A DNA stretch of 63,072 bases, counting the filler. It is 7 parts of 7 records of this genome, joined end to end, with 100 filler letters (N's around TTAATTAATTAA, not from the genome) between each part and the next. Parts side by side here need not be neighbours in the genome. Positions count along the whole stretch, not along the records: positions 37,700 to 43,095 come from SRR2962707_2242; positions 43,196 to 49,857 come from SRR2962707_2245; positions 49,958 to 57,723 come from SRR2962707_2246; 4 more parts are not named here. The stretch is one strand, 5' to 3'. A model generated the notes under the pieces. It searched no databases. It was not told the origin of the DNA and saw only the letters and a program-made list of their open reading frames with translations. Positions 37,819-50,041 of this stretch are shown one piece after another. The translations under genes were made by a program, and so were the position numbers. Numbering within the stretch: the stretch's first letter is position 1; each line of letters starts with the position of its first letter.

Positions 37819-40800
37819 ATGTCAGGCTTCGGCGGCGTTGTTGAATCCCAAAAGCCCAAGGCTGGTGGCAACGATGCCACCAACAACAGCTCCCGAGGCG
37901 GCGCGGAGAGTGGCAAGAAAGCAGCAGCACCTGCTTCTGCCTCTTCGTCTTCGTCTTCTGGCATCCTGACTCTGTGCAAGTCGCTGGGTATCAGCGGCTT
38001 CTGTCGTGACAGCGTGGTGTTTTCGGCACCGACGACGGTGGCGTACCCTCTGGGCAAACAGATTGTGTTTCACGACACTGTGTCCGGCGAGATGCGCTTC
38101 CTGGCTCGTAGCCGCACAGCCCGTCCTGTGACGGCCATGGCCATTGACTCCACGCTGGTCTCGCTGGTGGTCTGCGAGCAGAGCAGCGAAGATCTTCGGG
38201 CGCAGATCCATATCATCCACTGCAGCATGATGAAGAAGACGCGCACTATCTCGTCGCACGTTGCAGGCGACATCGTCGGGTGCGCATTTGCTTCTTCGGG
38301 CTCCCGCGAACTCGTCACGCTCAACTTTTCGGGCGAGGACTACACCATCACGCTCTGGAAGTGGGCCCAGTCCAAAGTGCTGGCGTCTGTCAGCACTAGC
38401 CTCAACGTGCAAGCCGGCCAGTCCATCCGCCGCATTCGCTTTAAGCCAAACTCCACCATGATCACGACGTCCGGCGCCAAGCACCTGCGCCTTTGGACCG
38501 TCGATTTGCCCAACAGCACTCTGCGCACTGTCCCTGTGGTGCCCTTGAAGCGCGAGCAAGATAGCTTTGTGGAGCACTTATGGGTGAAGTCGTGTGACTG
38601 CCTGGTTGTGGTCACGGCGGAGCGGCTCCTCAGCTTCAAAGTCAGCGACGAAGGGTGCGTCGACGTTGTTCCTGCGTGCTTGCGGGCTTGCGGGCTTGCG
38701 GGCTTGCGTGCTTGCGTGCTTGCGGGCTGGCGTACTTGCGTGCTTGCGGGCTTGCGCTAGATCAACGGCTCGTGTTCAAGCAATGATCGCACATTTGTTT
38801 TTTTTGTGCTTTGACGGTGTTTTTCTCGCACCCTGCCGTGTTTGTCGTTGCTTCCCGCGATTGCCTTCTTTTTTTTATGCTGTTCCGTGCCTCCTCATTT
38901 GCCGAACCCAGGACGGTGACCGAGTTTGGTTCTCCGTTCGAAGGCGAATTCGGGCGAATTGCATCGGCAACCGTAAACGGTTCCAACGGCTTTATTCTTG
39001 GCGGGAAGGGAGGCACCTTTTCTGTCTATGAAGTGACGTCGGACCCGGCAGAACCGTTCCTGCACCTGAAGAAGTTCCAAGGTGCCTCGCGCGACTCTAT
39101 CTTGTGCATGACGCCTGCGCCAACCCACGACAGCGTCGTCTGTTACCTCGAAGGCGGCCACCTCTCCCTCTTTCCGATCAAGAATATTGATCTGTTGAAG
39201 CCGACGGAAGACAACTTCCAGCGTTTAATCTACGATGGCATCCACTCAGATGCCATAAATGCCATGGATGTCTGCTTCCAACGCCCGATCGTGGTAACTG
39301 CCGGCCGCGACCAGCAAATCAATATCTGGGACTACCGGAAGTGGGAATGCGTGCTCTCTGACAGAGTCACCGACGAACCAACATGCATTGCGGTCCACCC
39401 GAGTGGCACTCAGCTGCTCGTGGGATCGAAAGAGCGGGTGCGGTTTTACAATATCCTCGCAACAAAGCTGGCCCTGTTTGTGGAAATTCCCAATCTCAAG
39501 GCGTGTCGCCAAGCACAATTCTCGCACGGAGGCCAGTATTTCGCCGTCACTGCCGGGCTCAACATCATGATATATCTCACGTACGAGTTGACGTGCGTCC
39601 GGACACTTACCGGTCACATTTCGCCTCCAACATCGCTGTTGTGGTCGCAAGACGACTCCTTGTTTTTTTCCGCGGGTGCAGACGGCGGTGTGTACGGTTG
39701 GAACATCGAGGACAACGTTCGCCTCGAGGAATTCGACATCAATATCGTCAAGTGTGATCGCATCACAGGTGCGTGACCTGCGTGCAATGCGTTGATTTTG
39801 GGTTTTGCACGCGTGCGTGATTGTGCCGGCGTTTGTGGTTGGGGGTTTAAGTAGGCCTGCACATTGTGTCTTGTCTCTCACCCTTGAACCTTGCTGTCTT
39901 GCATGGGCATCGAACGTGATTCCAGGGCTCGCTTGCAGTGAAGACAAGACCCGCCTGGTCATTATCGGAAACGATGCTGAGGTTCACCAAGTCATCAACG
40001 GCAAGCGCAGCGACTTTGCTGTGGATGTCGTGCTCACGCGCGTGTGCATCCCGCGCAGTGGCAGGTGTTTGTTCGTCGGAACGGAAGCCGGCACAGTCCG
40101 CGTGTATCCTTGGCCACTGCCCGAAGAGGGAGCGCAGCGGTTGTTCGAGCTCCCTGTCCACGATGGTCCCGTGACTCACTTGACCATGTCTCCTGACCAA
40201 AAGTACCTGTTGTCTGGCGCAGACGATGGCAGTGTATTCTGCTTCTCGGTGGAACGAGCTTACTCTGAAATTGGCTACAACCATTGTTTCAACAACGACA
40301 CCACGGCGCTCCTGAAGGAGGATCTCACGGAAACGAAATCCAAGTTGAAAGCACTCGAGTGAGTCCAGTGCCAACGCAACGTTCTCGATGTGCACGCGCC
40401 TGCGCCTTTTCAACTTGTCGCCTGGTTCATCCCTCCCTCCGTGCTGCGTCGGCCCGCCGGGTTCTAGGTACGAAATTGAGGAAGTGCAGAGCAAAAGCGT
40501 GCTGGACTCTCATTTTCTTGAGAACCAAATGCGCGACAAGCTCAAGGAGCAGGAGGAGAAGTTTGCTCGCGCTATGGAAATGCAAAAGCGGAAGCACATG
40601 GCCCTGGAGGCGCAGTTGGCAAAGCACAAGGTGCAAGCGCAGGATGATCGTAGCTCGCAGGATGCTGAGCATGTCAAGCTCACGCAAAAGATGGAGAGCG
40701 AGTACGTTTCTGTGCGCGGATACCAGTTGCGGGCACATCTACCCACGGGCAGTATTGTGGCAGTTTTGCTGACCGCACCATCCACAACGTGCATTTTGAT

Positions 40801-42569
40801 TCCTGCGCAGGTACGAGCACAAGTTGGGAGTCGAAATGCTGCGTTTCGACAAGCTTAGTGAGGACATGGAGACGCTGACCCAGCGCTGCGAGGAGGCATT
40901 GCAGAAGCAAGAGGATGTGCTCAGGTCTGAAATCACTCGTATCAAGAACGAGCACGCAGCGGTGACAAGAAGGCTAATATCCGAGAAGGAAGAGCTGCAA
41001 GCGAAATTGAACGAAACTGTGCGCATGGACGAAGAAGTTCTGCGACAGGTCCGGTCTGAGTACGAAGAAGAGATCGAGAACATAAAGTTGGAGACGAAGC
41101 GCCAGCAAAATGACAAATGGGAAGAGGAAGCGCTCAAGGACAAGGACATGCTGGAGACAAAGAACAAGACTAAAAAGCAAAAGCAAAAGATTTCGGAGCT
41201 GAAGCATCAGATGGCTGCTCAGGAAAACCAGCTTTCTCGGCTAGAGAAGAAGAACCAAGCCAAAGAAGAGCTTTTGCGGCACCGGGAGCGCACGATCGCG
41301 GAGATGGAGCAGAGCTTGGATGAGAAAGAGCGGGAAATCCTTCGCCTCCGTGGCAACAACCGCAAGCTGGACAACTTTCGGTATGTTCTCGATGACAAAA
41401 TACAGGAACTGCAGAAAGAGCGCGGCCCAGTCAACGCGCACATTCAGAAGTTGGAGAGCCACATCCGTGACATGTACGAAGAGTTGGTGAAGGAGTTCAA
41501 TGACAAGAAGCACCTTGACCGCGTCATGAACAACAAAATGCTCACAATAGAGTCGCTTACGAACGAGGTGTCGAAACTTCGGTCAGACAACCGTGAAAAG
41601 ACTCGGACGATTCAATCCATGTGCCACGGACTTACCAAGGCAATCCAACATGCGCAACCGCGCGATACTGTCGAAGTTGTGAAGAGACTCTACCATAACT
41701 TTGTGCGAAGTGACGGTGGCGCCGGGCATGGCAAGGGTAAGGCCGGCGCCAATGTTGGCGGCTCTGGCTCGCCGGCAGTCGGCGACGGAGTTGGTGGAGA
41801 GCACGATGACTCGGCGACGGTGCAAGAAGCGTTGCGACAGCGGCGGCATATGGAGCGAACAACGTCGACCCTGAAGCACGCTCTGAAGATGAAGGAGGGT
41901 CAACTGCAAAAACAGACGAAGCTGGGCCTCGCACAAAATTCACTCCTCATCAACGAATGCAACAATCTTCGCAAGGAGAACAAGGCGCTCACTGCCGACC
42001 TACAAAAGGCGCAGGAGCGCCTGAAAGTTTTGGAGCGCGCTGCGCGAAAGAAGCGCCCGCAGCAAAGTGGAGAAGACGACTCATCCGCTGCCGGTAAGCC
42101 GGGGGACGGGGCGTTGGCGCCAGTGCTGCAGCGCGGCAGGAAAGGAGGTGCGAAAACGCCCGCTGGCGCAGACAGTGGGACGCCTTTCCAGCGGCGAAAG
42201 CAGCTTCTGGGTGCAGCGCGCGGCACCTCACTTCCTGGAGGCATACTCGGAGGTCCGGAAAAGGGTGCCTTTGGGGGTGCCGGACGGGTTGGTAGTGCTG
42301 TGGTCCCAAGGCGCGGCCTTGCGCAAGGCAGCACCAAAGTGTTCAGTGAGAATGCGCTTCAGCAAGCGAAGATGTCCACGCTCCTTCGCCAGCTTGACGA
42401 GAACACGCGCGAGATGGACATGCAGCGAATCGAGATTCGTCGTCTTCGAGAGCAAGTGAAGCTATTAGTGCAGCAGCTGGGTCCTGAGCTCAGCGACGTA
42501 GGAATGGGTGGCGGCAGCGGCGGGGGCCTGCAACGCTTCGCAGCAGGCCCTCGCACGAGCAGCGTCTGA
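37819..42569 (+). CDS. CFAP57: Cilia- and flagella-associated protein 57 (WDR65) homolog; exons 37819-38654, 38912-39768, 39926-40358, 40468-40701, 40811-42569 (1372 aa)
   Basis: WD40 repeats (IAVHPSGTQLLVG, FSHGGQYFA, LTGH) then a long coiled coil with LDNFRYVLDDKIQEL and NSLLINECNNLR; four phase-compatible GT-AG introns; 4119 nt spliced. Confidence 0.88.
38674..38757. repeat. 8-mer minisatellite (GCG[G/T]GCTT)n inside CFAP57 intron 1
   Basis: About ten imperfect copies. Confidence 0.85.
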
Positions 42570-43067
42570 ACTGGCGCAGCGGCGAGTCGTCGGCCGTTGC
42601 CGCAGCGTCTCGCGGGCTTTTCATCTGTGTTGACAATCCTGTTATTCCAATTATTTTGAATTACAAGCAGACGAAGCCTGCATGCCATGCGTGTATGACT
42701 GCGCTTCCACCTGCGTGGATTCGCAGGTGATTGCGTGCGAATTAATTGCCACAGCTTGCGTGGATTCGCAGGCAGCCATGCATGTATTCTGTTTTCAGCC
42801 GGTCCCGCTCCCTCTCCCACTCCCACTCCCTCGTGTCTCTGTCTCTGTGCCCACTGCTCGCTCTTCTTCTGTTGAGCAAAGGCACAGATGGATGGATAGT
42901 TCGTGTTAGTAATCACGAAGTCCTTCCTCTTGTCACACGGAGACCCCTCACGCCTCAACAACACTGTTCGTGGTATGCTAATGATATGATATGATAGCCA
43001 CGCACTGGGGGGGCGTCTTGTCACGAATCGCTGTTTTCTGACTGCGGTTTCGCGTACAGTGATGATG

Positions 43068-43095
43068 ACTCACTCACTCTCACTCACTCACTCAC
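43068..43095. repeat. (ACTC)n microsatellite at contig end
   Basis: Perfect tetramer array running into the gap. Confidence 0.9.
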
Positions 43096-43195
43096 NNNNN
43101 NNNNNNNNNNNNNNNNNNNNNNNNNNNNNNNNNNNNNNNTTAATTAATTAANNNNNNNNNNNNNNNNNNNNNNNNNNNNNNNNNNNNNNNNNNNN
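43096..43195. other. Artificial contig linker
   Basis: N44-TTAATTAATTAA-N44. Confidence 0.99.
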
Positions 43196-43278
43196 TCTTC
43201 TTCTTCTTCTTCTTCTTCTTTGTCTCCTTGTGGGAGGAGGGTGTCGAGTGCTCATTGGTGCTTGTTTTGGCTGTGGCG

Positions 43279-46200
43279 ATGCACCATGTTCCGGTAGAAT
43301 CGCTCATTCGAAACATTGCGTTTCGAGAAACGTACAATAGCATTAAAACTGGGATTTCCACACCGTCGTCCAGCGTTAGCTTGCCGAAAGGACAAAAGGC
43401 CGGGGCTGAGAGTGGAAAAGGCAGCGGAAAGCGGAAGACTAAGAAGAATGGCCGCTCAAATACAGTGGCGACTGGTGCTGGTAGCGACGTTGGTGACAGC
43501 GGTGTAGGAGGACCGCAGTTCCCCCCGGCCGAAGCTTTGGCCCCGCTTTGCTACGTGCCAGACATAGACCTTGGCTTCGACGGCAGAGATGACGATGACG
43601 ATTGGAACACTGTTAGTAGAAGCGCCTTTGGCGCTGCGGATATCGAGGAATCAGAGCAGAACGAACCAGAAAAACGAATAACCCCAAAATTTGCTGATAA
43701 CGAGAGCAGCAAAATGGGTCCTCTTGCGCGCCGTTTTTTTTCTGCTAGTAGTTTCTCCAGAAGTGATGTTTTGGTGCTTTCGTTGCAATGCCTCGTCGGT
43801 TCGTCCGCGTCCCTTCGAGAGATACGCGAGGTAAGCCGCTCTTTTTCGGGGTTTGTGAACTACGTAGAGCCGTGGTTTCGTTCGAACGTGCCGCATCTTC
43901 TTCTCCACTGACATTCTCCGGCCCTGCTATTTTCACCAGGCTTGCAAGCAGAGTGGAGAATACGGAGTCATGTCGGCTCCGGCTGTGGTCGTTAATTCCT
44001 GGTTTGGAGGCGGACCGCAGGTGTATCGCTACAAAAGCTTTTTTGAAAAGTTGGCAGCTTTTGGTTTCCAGGTTCGTTTTTGTCTTGCTCGTGGAGTTTT
44101 CATCGCAAACGTCGGTCTACGTCTCACAGTCTTTGCGTTCGTTGGGCAGGTGGTAGTGTTGTCGGAAATCCCTGCAGTGTATACGTGGGTTCTTTTGGGC
44201 CGGATGGGCCTCGTGCCCACCTTGAATTTGCAAATCTCGCTCATGCAGCTGATCGAAGATTACAAGTAAGTGGTCTGTTGGTCACTTATTGTATTGGGGG
44301 AGTGCGCTGTGGTTGGTTGGCCTACGCTGAGCTAAAACTGTTTCTGTCGGTTCTTTGACTGTTGCGGTCAGGGGTATTGAGAAACTTCTGAACTTACATC
44401 TGTACGACCCAGCCTCTCCGAAAACGACAACGTACGGAATTTTTTTTGCGAATTGATGTCGTATTCCAGTGCCATACCGATCTCAAGTGGTCGAAATGGG
44501 ACATCCAACCTGATGTGCTATTCACTTCTGCGGTGTGGCGCTGCCACACTTTATTTCCAAATGCTATTGGTATATTTTGTAGAATCGATGCGTTCTCAAA
44601 CGTTATTGTTTGTGGCGTCGCTGGTGGACCCGAGGGTCTTTCGCACAAGGCGTTTGACCGTGTTGCGGCTGTACAAGTGCGTTGACTGCTTTCATGAAGT
44701 TGCATCGCTGTCCTTGTTGGGGTACATGAACCCGCATTCATCGCTTTGTTGATGTTCCCCAAAAGGATATTCTGGCGACACAATGCGGTACAGCCGATGC
44801 GCGGACGTTGCGACGGTTTTTGTATGTGGATCCTGATCCGGCTGTATTGGACAAACTCCACCGAGCTATGGAACTTCGTTCAGCGGAAACAGCTGCAAAC
44901 TTGTTTCAGGGACCACTTGATCATCAAAAGAACGAGCGTTTTACGTTTCGTTGTCATAGTGATGGCCCACTATCACTCCAGGAAATGCAAGACATTCTCA
45001 AGATCATGATGACTATTGACGAAGAGACGCCTGCACAAATAGTACGAATGACAATCCTGAGCACACAAGTTGCGCTGAAGGAATCCTGGTGCTTCTATCT
45101 TTCTGGGTTGTAACATCCTTTGTTCCGTCGTTTGATGTGTGCAGGCGTCATTTGCACATCTCGATAACGATGACGACGGCGGCTTGAGGTTAGCATCTCA
45201 GTCGCAAGGCACATTTGAAACGCCTCTCCGTCGATCACGGGCCGACTCCGCAAACTCAATCCGCCACGCCTTGTGCGGTCGCCAACCGTTGCCAACCAAC
45301 GTTTTGAGCCATGCGAAACCGTCATCCCAGTCACTGTTGTCGATTGTCAAGGCTCCAAGCTCCTTGGTCCAAGATACGGCATTGAATTGGGAAAGTCAGG
45401 GGGAAGAGAGTGGTGTGTGGAAGGAAGCTCGCACGGAGATGAGCATGGAGGAAATTGTCGACTTCGTGCAAGGCGTAAACACACGTGCGAAAGTTATCCA
45501 AAAGCGGCGCGCAATCAAGCGTGCAAAGGGTGATAAGAATACGACGCACAACATGGCAGGGGTGGGTAGTGACTGTCACCACTCTCACCCTTCTTTTTCC
45601 GTTTTGAGACAGTGTTTTGTTTCACACTGGTCTGCTTGTGATGATGTAGGCCTCTGCATCCTGGGGATTCAAGGCATTCTTCGTTGACCTCAGTTCCTTT
45701 TCTCTATTGTATCGCTCAACGACGGCGAATCCGTTTGGTTTCAAACGCATTGAAACCATGGACGCGAATTACGCAGGATTCAATTTCAAGCGTCTGCAGC
45801 TAGGCGAGCGATCGTAAGCTGAAAATTTCACAGTCAGTTCTCCCCGCTCCGTCATCTTGCCCACAAAGTATTAATTTTTTTTGTCACTTTTTGTTGTAGC
45901 CGTATCTTTGCCCGTACGGACCTAAAGATCAAAACCAACATTGCCAGTCCTTGGAATCCAACAGCTGGCTCTCAAGGAATCGAATTTTTGCCGCAAGCAG
46001 GCGAAATTGGCGCTGGCAGCATTGGTCGTGGCCGCAGTTCGTCTGCTTCGTCAGCAGGATCAAGCGGTAGCAGCGGTAATGCAGAACCTGTTGTGACAGC
46101 ATCGAAAGGTGGGACTGCAAGCAGTATTACTCCTGAGGTCGAAACTGGTGCGTTATTCAGTTGGCCGGTTTTATTATCTTTGAAGCAGACTTTTTATGGA

Positions 46201-47178
46201 TCGTGCAAAGCAACTTATACTTGGTGTGGCATGAATGTGGCTGTGTACGTAGAAACATCCGAGGCTCCGATATCAGACATTAGCGGCTTCATCGTTGTGG
46301 AAGACATAGATGACCCAACGACCACTGTCTGGCATGTGAAACGACTGTTTTGAATCAAATATTGCCTTGGTGTTGTATGAATTGCCGAGTTGTGGTTGCG
46401 ACGCCTAAAGGCGAATGGACCCCAAAAATTACGTTCCATAGGTATTTGCGGCCGAATACTGCTGCTGGGCCGGATCGCGCTACGTGGATGGCGGCTCTGC
46501 GCACCATTGTTCGTGCGGCCACCGCCGTCGCCCATGAAAAACGGAATTCAGAGCTGATGACTTTAGATTGTGACACAACCGACGGCGCAGGATCAAGCCA
46601 AAGGCCCCGCCGCCATCACCGTGCCTTGCACTTCCCTCCACCTATTCCAGTATTGACGGCTACACTCGGCGTTTATTACGCGAAACGTTTTATGTGCGTT
46701 GCCATCAGTATCTAGGGTTGGATTTCGTACTGTTGGTGGGCTGCTCATGGCGCACCGGGTGATCAGATTTTGCTGTCATTCCCTATTCTGTCATTGTTAG
46801 GTACAAACCGAAAAGCATGACATTGCGGCAGCACGCGGTGGGTGGAGTAATGACGTATGAGCGCGAGGCCGGAAAGGGCTATCACACACTGTGGCTTGGT
46901 GCTGCCACACGGGTCGAGGTGTGTTGGAAGTCGTCCGGTTTGGTAACACCAAAACATGTCAGCAGTTTTTTTGCCTCATTCGCCCGCCTAATTTTGAATG
47001 GGCAAATGTCGATCTGACAATGCAGGTTCCCACCAAAAAAGGGGCGCGTGACACAGATTTTTCAATTGAAAGCATGGGCGTAGGACCCTGGTGGGTGAGA
47101 TGCTCCTCCTCAGAAGAACGGCATGCGTGGATTGCGTGTATTCGCATGATTATCGGCCGCGGAAATAGCTTGCAATGA
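43279..47178 (+). CDS. Multi-exon eukaryotic gene with probable C-terminal PH-like domains; exon structure only partly resolved
   Basis: Phase-compatible introns at 43831-43939, 44072-44149, 44266-44371, 44432-44582, 44677-44765. PH-type terminal helices DRATWMAALR and EERHAWIACIR. Confidence 0.55.
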
Positions 47179-47523
47179 ATTGGAAGCGCACCAGTGCTGG
47201 CTAGGTCTGATGAGTTCTAGTAGTTTGGAATGGTGAAATACAGCTCCTGCAAGATGGAAGAAGCTGCTTTCGTTGCACCTTGGGAAAGCTTCATTGCAAC
47301 GGACATCAATCAATTGGAGTTGTGCCTAAACACAGTTGAGCCTGAGTGGAGTGTTGTTGCAGAAGGGGTTTCGTGCGGGGAGTCTCATGGCGCACTCGCA
47401 GTGATTTGATTCACTTGACTCGAGCGTCGCAGATGCGCGGCCTATACCGATGTTCACAAAATATCTTCCAATGATAACATTATTACGAATAAAAACAGCC
47501 ATGCACAGCACGCCCACGACAAA

Positions 47524-49827
47524 CTACTGAGCAGGACGAGTCCCATAAACTGATCCAAGCACCGACGGCGACGGCTGATACTGAGGGTCAAGCGATGCCT
47601 CAGCCATCGCATGCGCGGCCCTGGGATTTCGATCACGGATGATTTTTTGCGCTCGACGAGCCGAGGCTGCAGCAGCTTTTTTGGGTACGATTCCTCTTTG
47701 CCGCAGTGCTTGTTTCCGGCTCGCCAGGGAAGGCAGCCGATCATGTGTTGCTGCACTTTGTCCAGAAATCCCCAGTCCCATTTCCCCGGCACCCCGTGAA
47801 TGGACTTTCAAAACATCATAGTTTCGGTCATTACTGTCTTGCCTTGACTTTTGCCGGCTTCGCTGCCGACTTGCGCTAATTTCATGGAGACGGCGGTTGA
47901 GAGTCTGGCTTGAACCGTCGCCTAGCCGACTGCGCATACTGTGCATAAACTCGCCAACGTCTTCAGCTTTCGCAGCTTCAATGCGCTGCCGAAGCTGGGT
48001 CTCCATACGTTGCCTTACATTCTCGTGCTGCGCTTCGAGTTCCTGCATGCTGACTGAGTCAGGCTGGAAATTTGTCGGGTCTTGCTCCAGAACTTTGCGA
48101 ACTGCCTTGTCGGCTTTCTTTTCCTGCAGCAACAACGCGCAACGCCACATGAGTTACCTCCAGGCAAAACGGTGGAACACAAACAGGACATTGCAAATAT
48201 CGGGGCGCTGAGTTCGCGCATTTGCACACACAAACCTCCGGATTCATGACTGTGGCCACGAACTCATTGAAGTCTATGGAACCTGAGCTGTCAGTGTCGA
48301 CGTAGCGGAACAGTGTTTCGACGCAGGCCGCCGTGGCTGTGATTTGCATGTGCGCCAACGCTTTCTTGAAATCGTCACAGTTGATAACGTAGTTGACACC
48401 GCTTGCCGCTCCTCGTTCGCCGTCAATGCCCTGTCGGAATCGTCGGAAGGCAGCAGAGGCTGGCTTCCCCGACTCACGAATCTTGCGCTGAATTGTAGAC
48501 TGAGCGGAGATTAATTGACAGTGGTGTGGCACAGTCCAGCGAGTAAACAAAAAATCACAGCATACCCGTGAATCAAGGACCACTTTGAGATATTTTCACA
48601 CGCAGTTCTACTCAATGACCGCTATCACACACAAACACACACCCAGGCACATGTACACACCTGCAGAACAGCTGGCTTGCGAATGAGACCCAACGTCTTT
48701 TCGAGCCGTTGTGAGCGGCGCGCAGCTTTCGTGGCAGCACCCAAACGCTGCCAGTCTTCAGCATTCCCCTGATCCCCGTCAGTGGGAAACACATATCGCG
48801 CAAATTCTTTAAAGTCAATAGTGCCGGAACCGTTGTTGTCAATGGCAGCAAAGATTGATGCAACCACTTTCGGAGGAAGCGGCACCCCCATAGCCTTGAG
48901 GCCCTTGTCAAACTCTGAAAAAGTCACCATGTTCGGGACTCGAGCATTTGAAAATACCCTCAGCTTGTGCCAGGTGTTGAGCATGGCCTTGTGCCCATTT
49001 CCACCGTGCTGCATGAACTTGTCTCGGAGTTGCACGATGTAGGTCGCCATCTTCTCTTTCGCCATCAGCTCCCTGCGCAGTGGGGTCTGCTTCTTCGGCA
49101 GAGCAGACGGTGGAGGATTCCGGAGATCTGCACGGGCAGAACCACCCCGACGAGAACCGCGGCTCGCCCCCCGCCGACCATTCGACGCGTTGTTCTTGTT
49201 GCCGGCCTGCGAGTGCAGGATGCCTTTGATGAATTCGTTGAGGTCCAGCGTGCCGTCGGTGTTGGGGTCCAGCTTTTTGAACAGGGCCGCGCAGCAAGCT
49301 GGCGAGGTGGAAATCCCCAGCCGCTTCACCGCGCTGCAGAACCCGTCCTGGTCGATGTCGCTGCCGTTTCCGCTTGCGAGCGCCCGAAAGTGGCGGTACG
49401 CAGTGGCCACCCCCGACACGTTGCGGGTGATTTTATGCTCCAGCAGCTTCAGCAACGCGTCCGGGTCTGAGATCGTGGAGTGCTGGGCGAGTGCCTTCGC
49501 CCGGGCAGCGCTGCTCTTTTGGACCCTGGCGCGCCGCGGGTCCGCGGGAGCTGGGGCGAGCGAAGTCAGCGTTGTCGGGAACATGGCCTCGCAGAACTCT
49601 GCGACGTTGATAGACCCGTGCACGTTCACGTCCATCTCAGCGAACGCGTGCGTCACAGCGTCTCCGGACGCGTACACGCCCAGCGCCTCCAACAGCGAGT
49701 GGAAAGTGCCGCGGTCCACCTTCAACACGTCGGTGCCCAGGATGCGCCCGATGTTCTGCTTCAGCGACTGCGCATTGTCCGCTACCAGCCGCATGCGGCG
49801 TCGCAACGCAGCCACAGGCTGCGCCAT
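47524..49827 (-). CDS. Multi-EF-hand calcium-binding protein; exons 49827-48661, 48499-48236, 48123-47524 (676 aa if ATG 49827 is the start)
   Basis: EF loops DVNVHGSINVAEF, DPNTDGTLDLNEF, DNNGSGTIDFKEF, DTDSSGSIDFNEF; two phase-0 GT-AG introns. Confidence 0.82.
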
Positions 49828-49857
49828 AGCGAGAGAGAGAGAGAGTCTCAAGAGAGA

Positions 49858-49957
49858 NNNNNNNNNNNNNNNNNNNNNNNNNNNNNNNNNNNNNNNNNNN
49901 NTTAATTAATTAANNNNNNNNNNNNNNNNNNNNNNNNNNNNNNNNNNNNNNNNNNNN
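49858..49957. other. Artificial contig linker
   Basis: N44-TTAATTAATTAA-N44. Confidence 0.99.
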
Positions 49958-49978
49958 GTTTAGCGATTGTACTCCTTT
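49958..49978 (-). other. Probable start of infC (IF3): SD-like AAAGGAG then non-AUG start ATC-GCT-AAA, cut by contig end
   Basis: Directly downstream of thrS (thrS-infC order is widespread); only 10 coding nt visible. Confidence 0.45.
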
Positions 49979-50041
49979 ATTTTAGTTGAACATTCAAAAA
50001 ACAAAGCGCAAATATCGTGATTATTTACACTTATCAAAAAC

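Noticed and set aside
38674..38757. CRISPR-like or coding repeat (LAGLRAC...)
   Set aside because: Tandem 8-mers without spacers, inside a GT-AG intron; no cas genes in the window.
32543..49857. Alternative genetic code or stop-codon readthrough in the protist genes
   Set aside because: In the gene models I could resolve, the ORF breaks are explained by phase-compatible GT-AG introns under the standard code.
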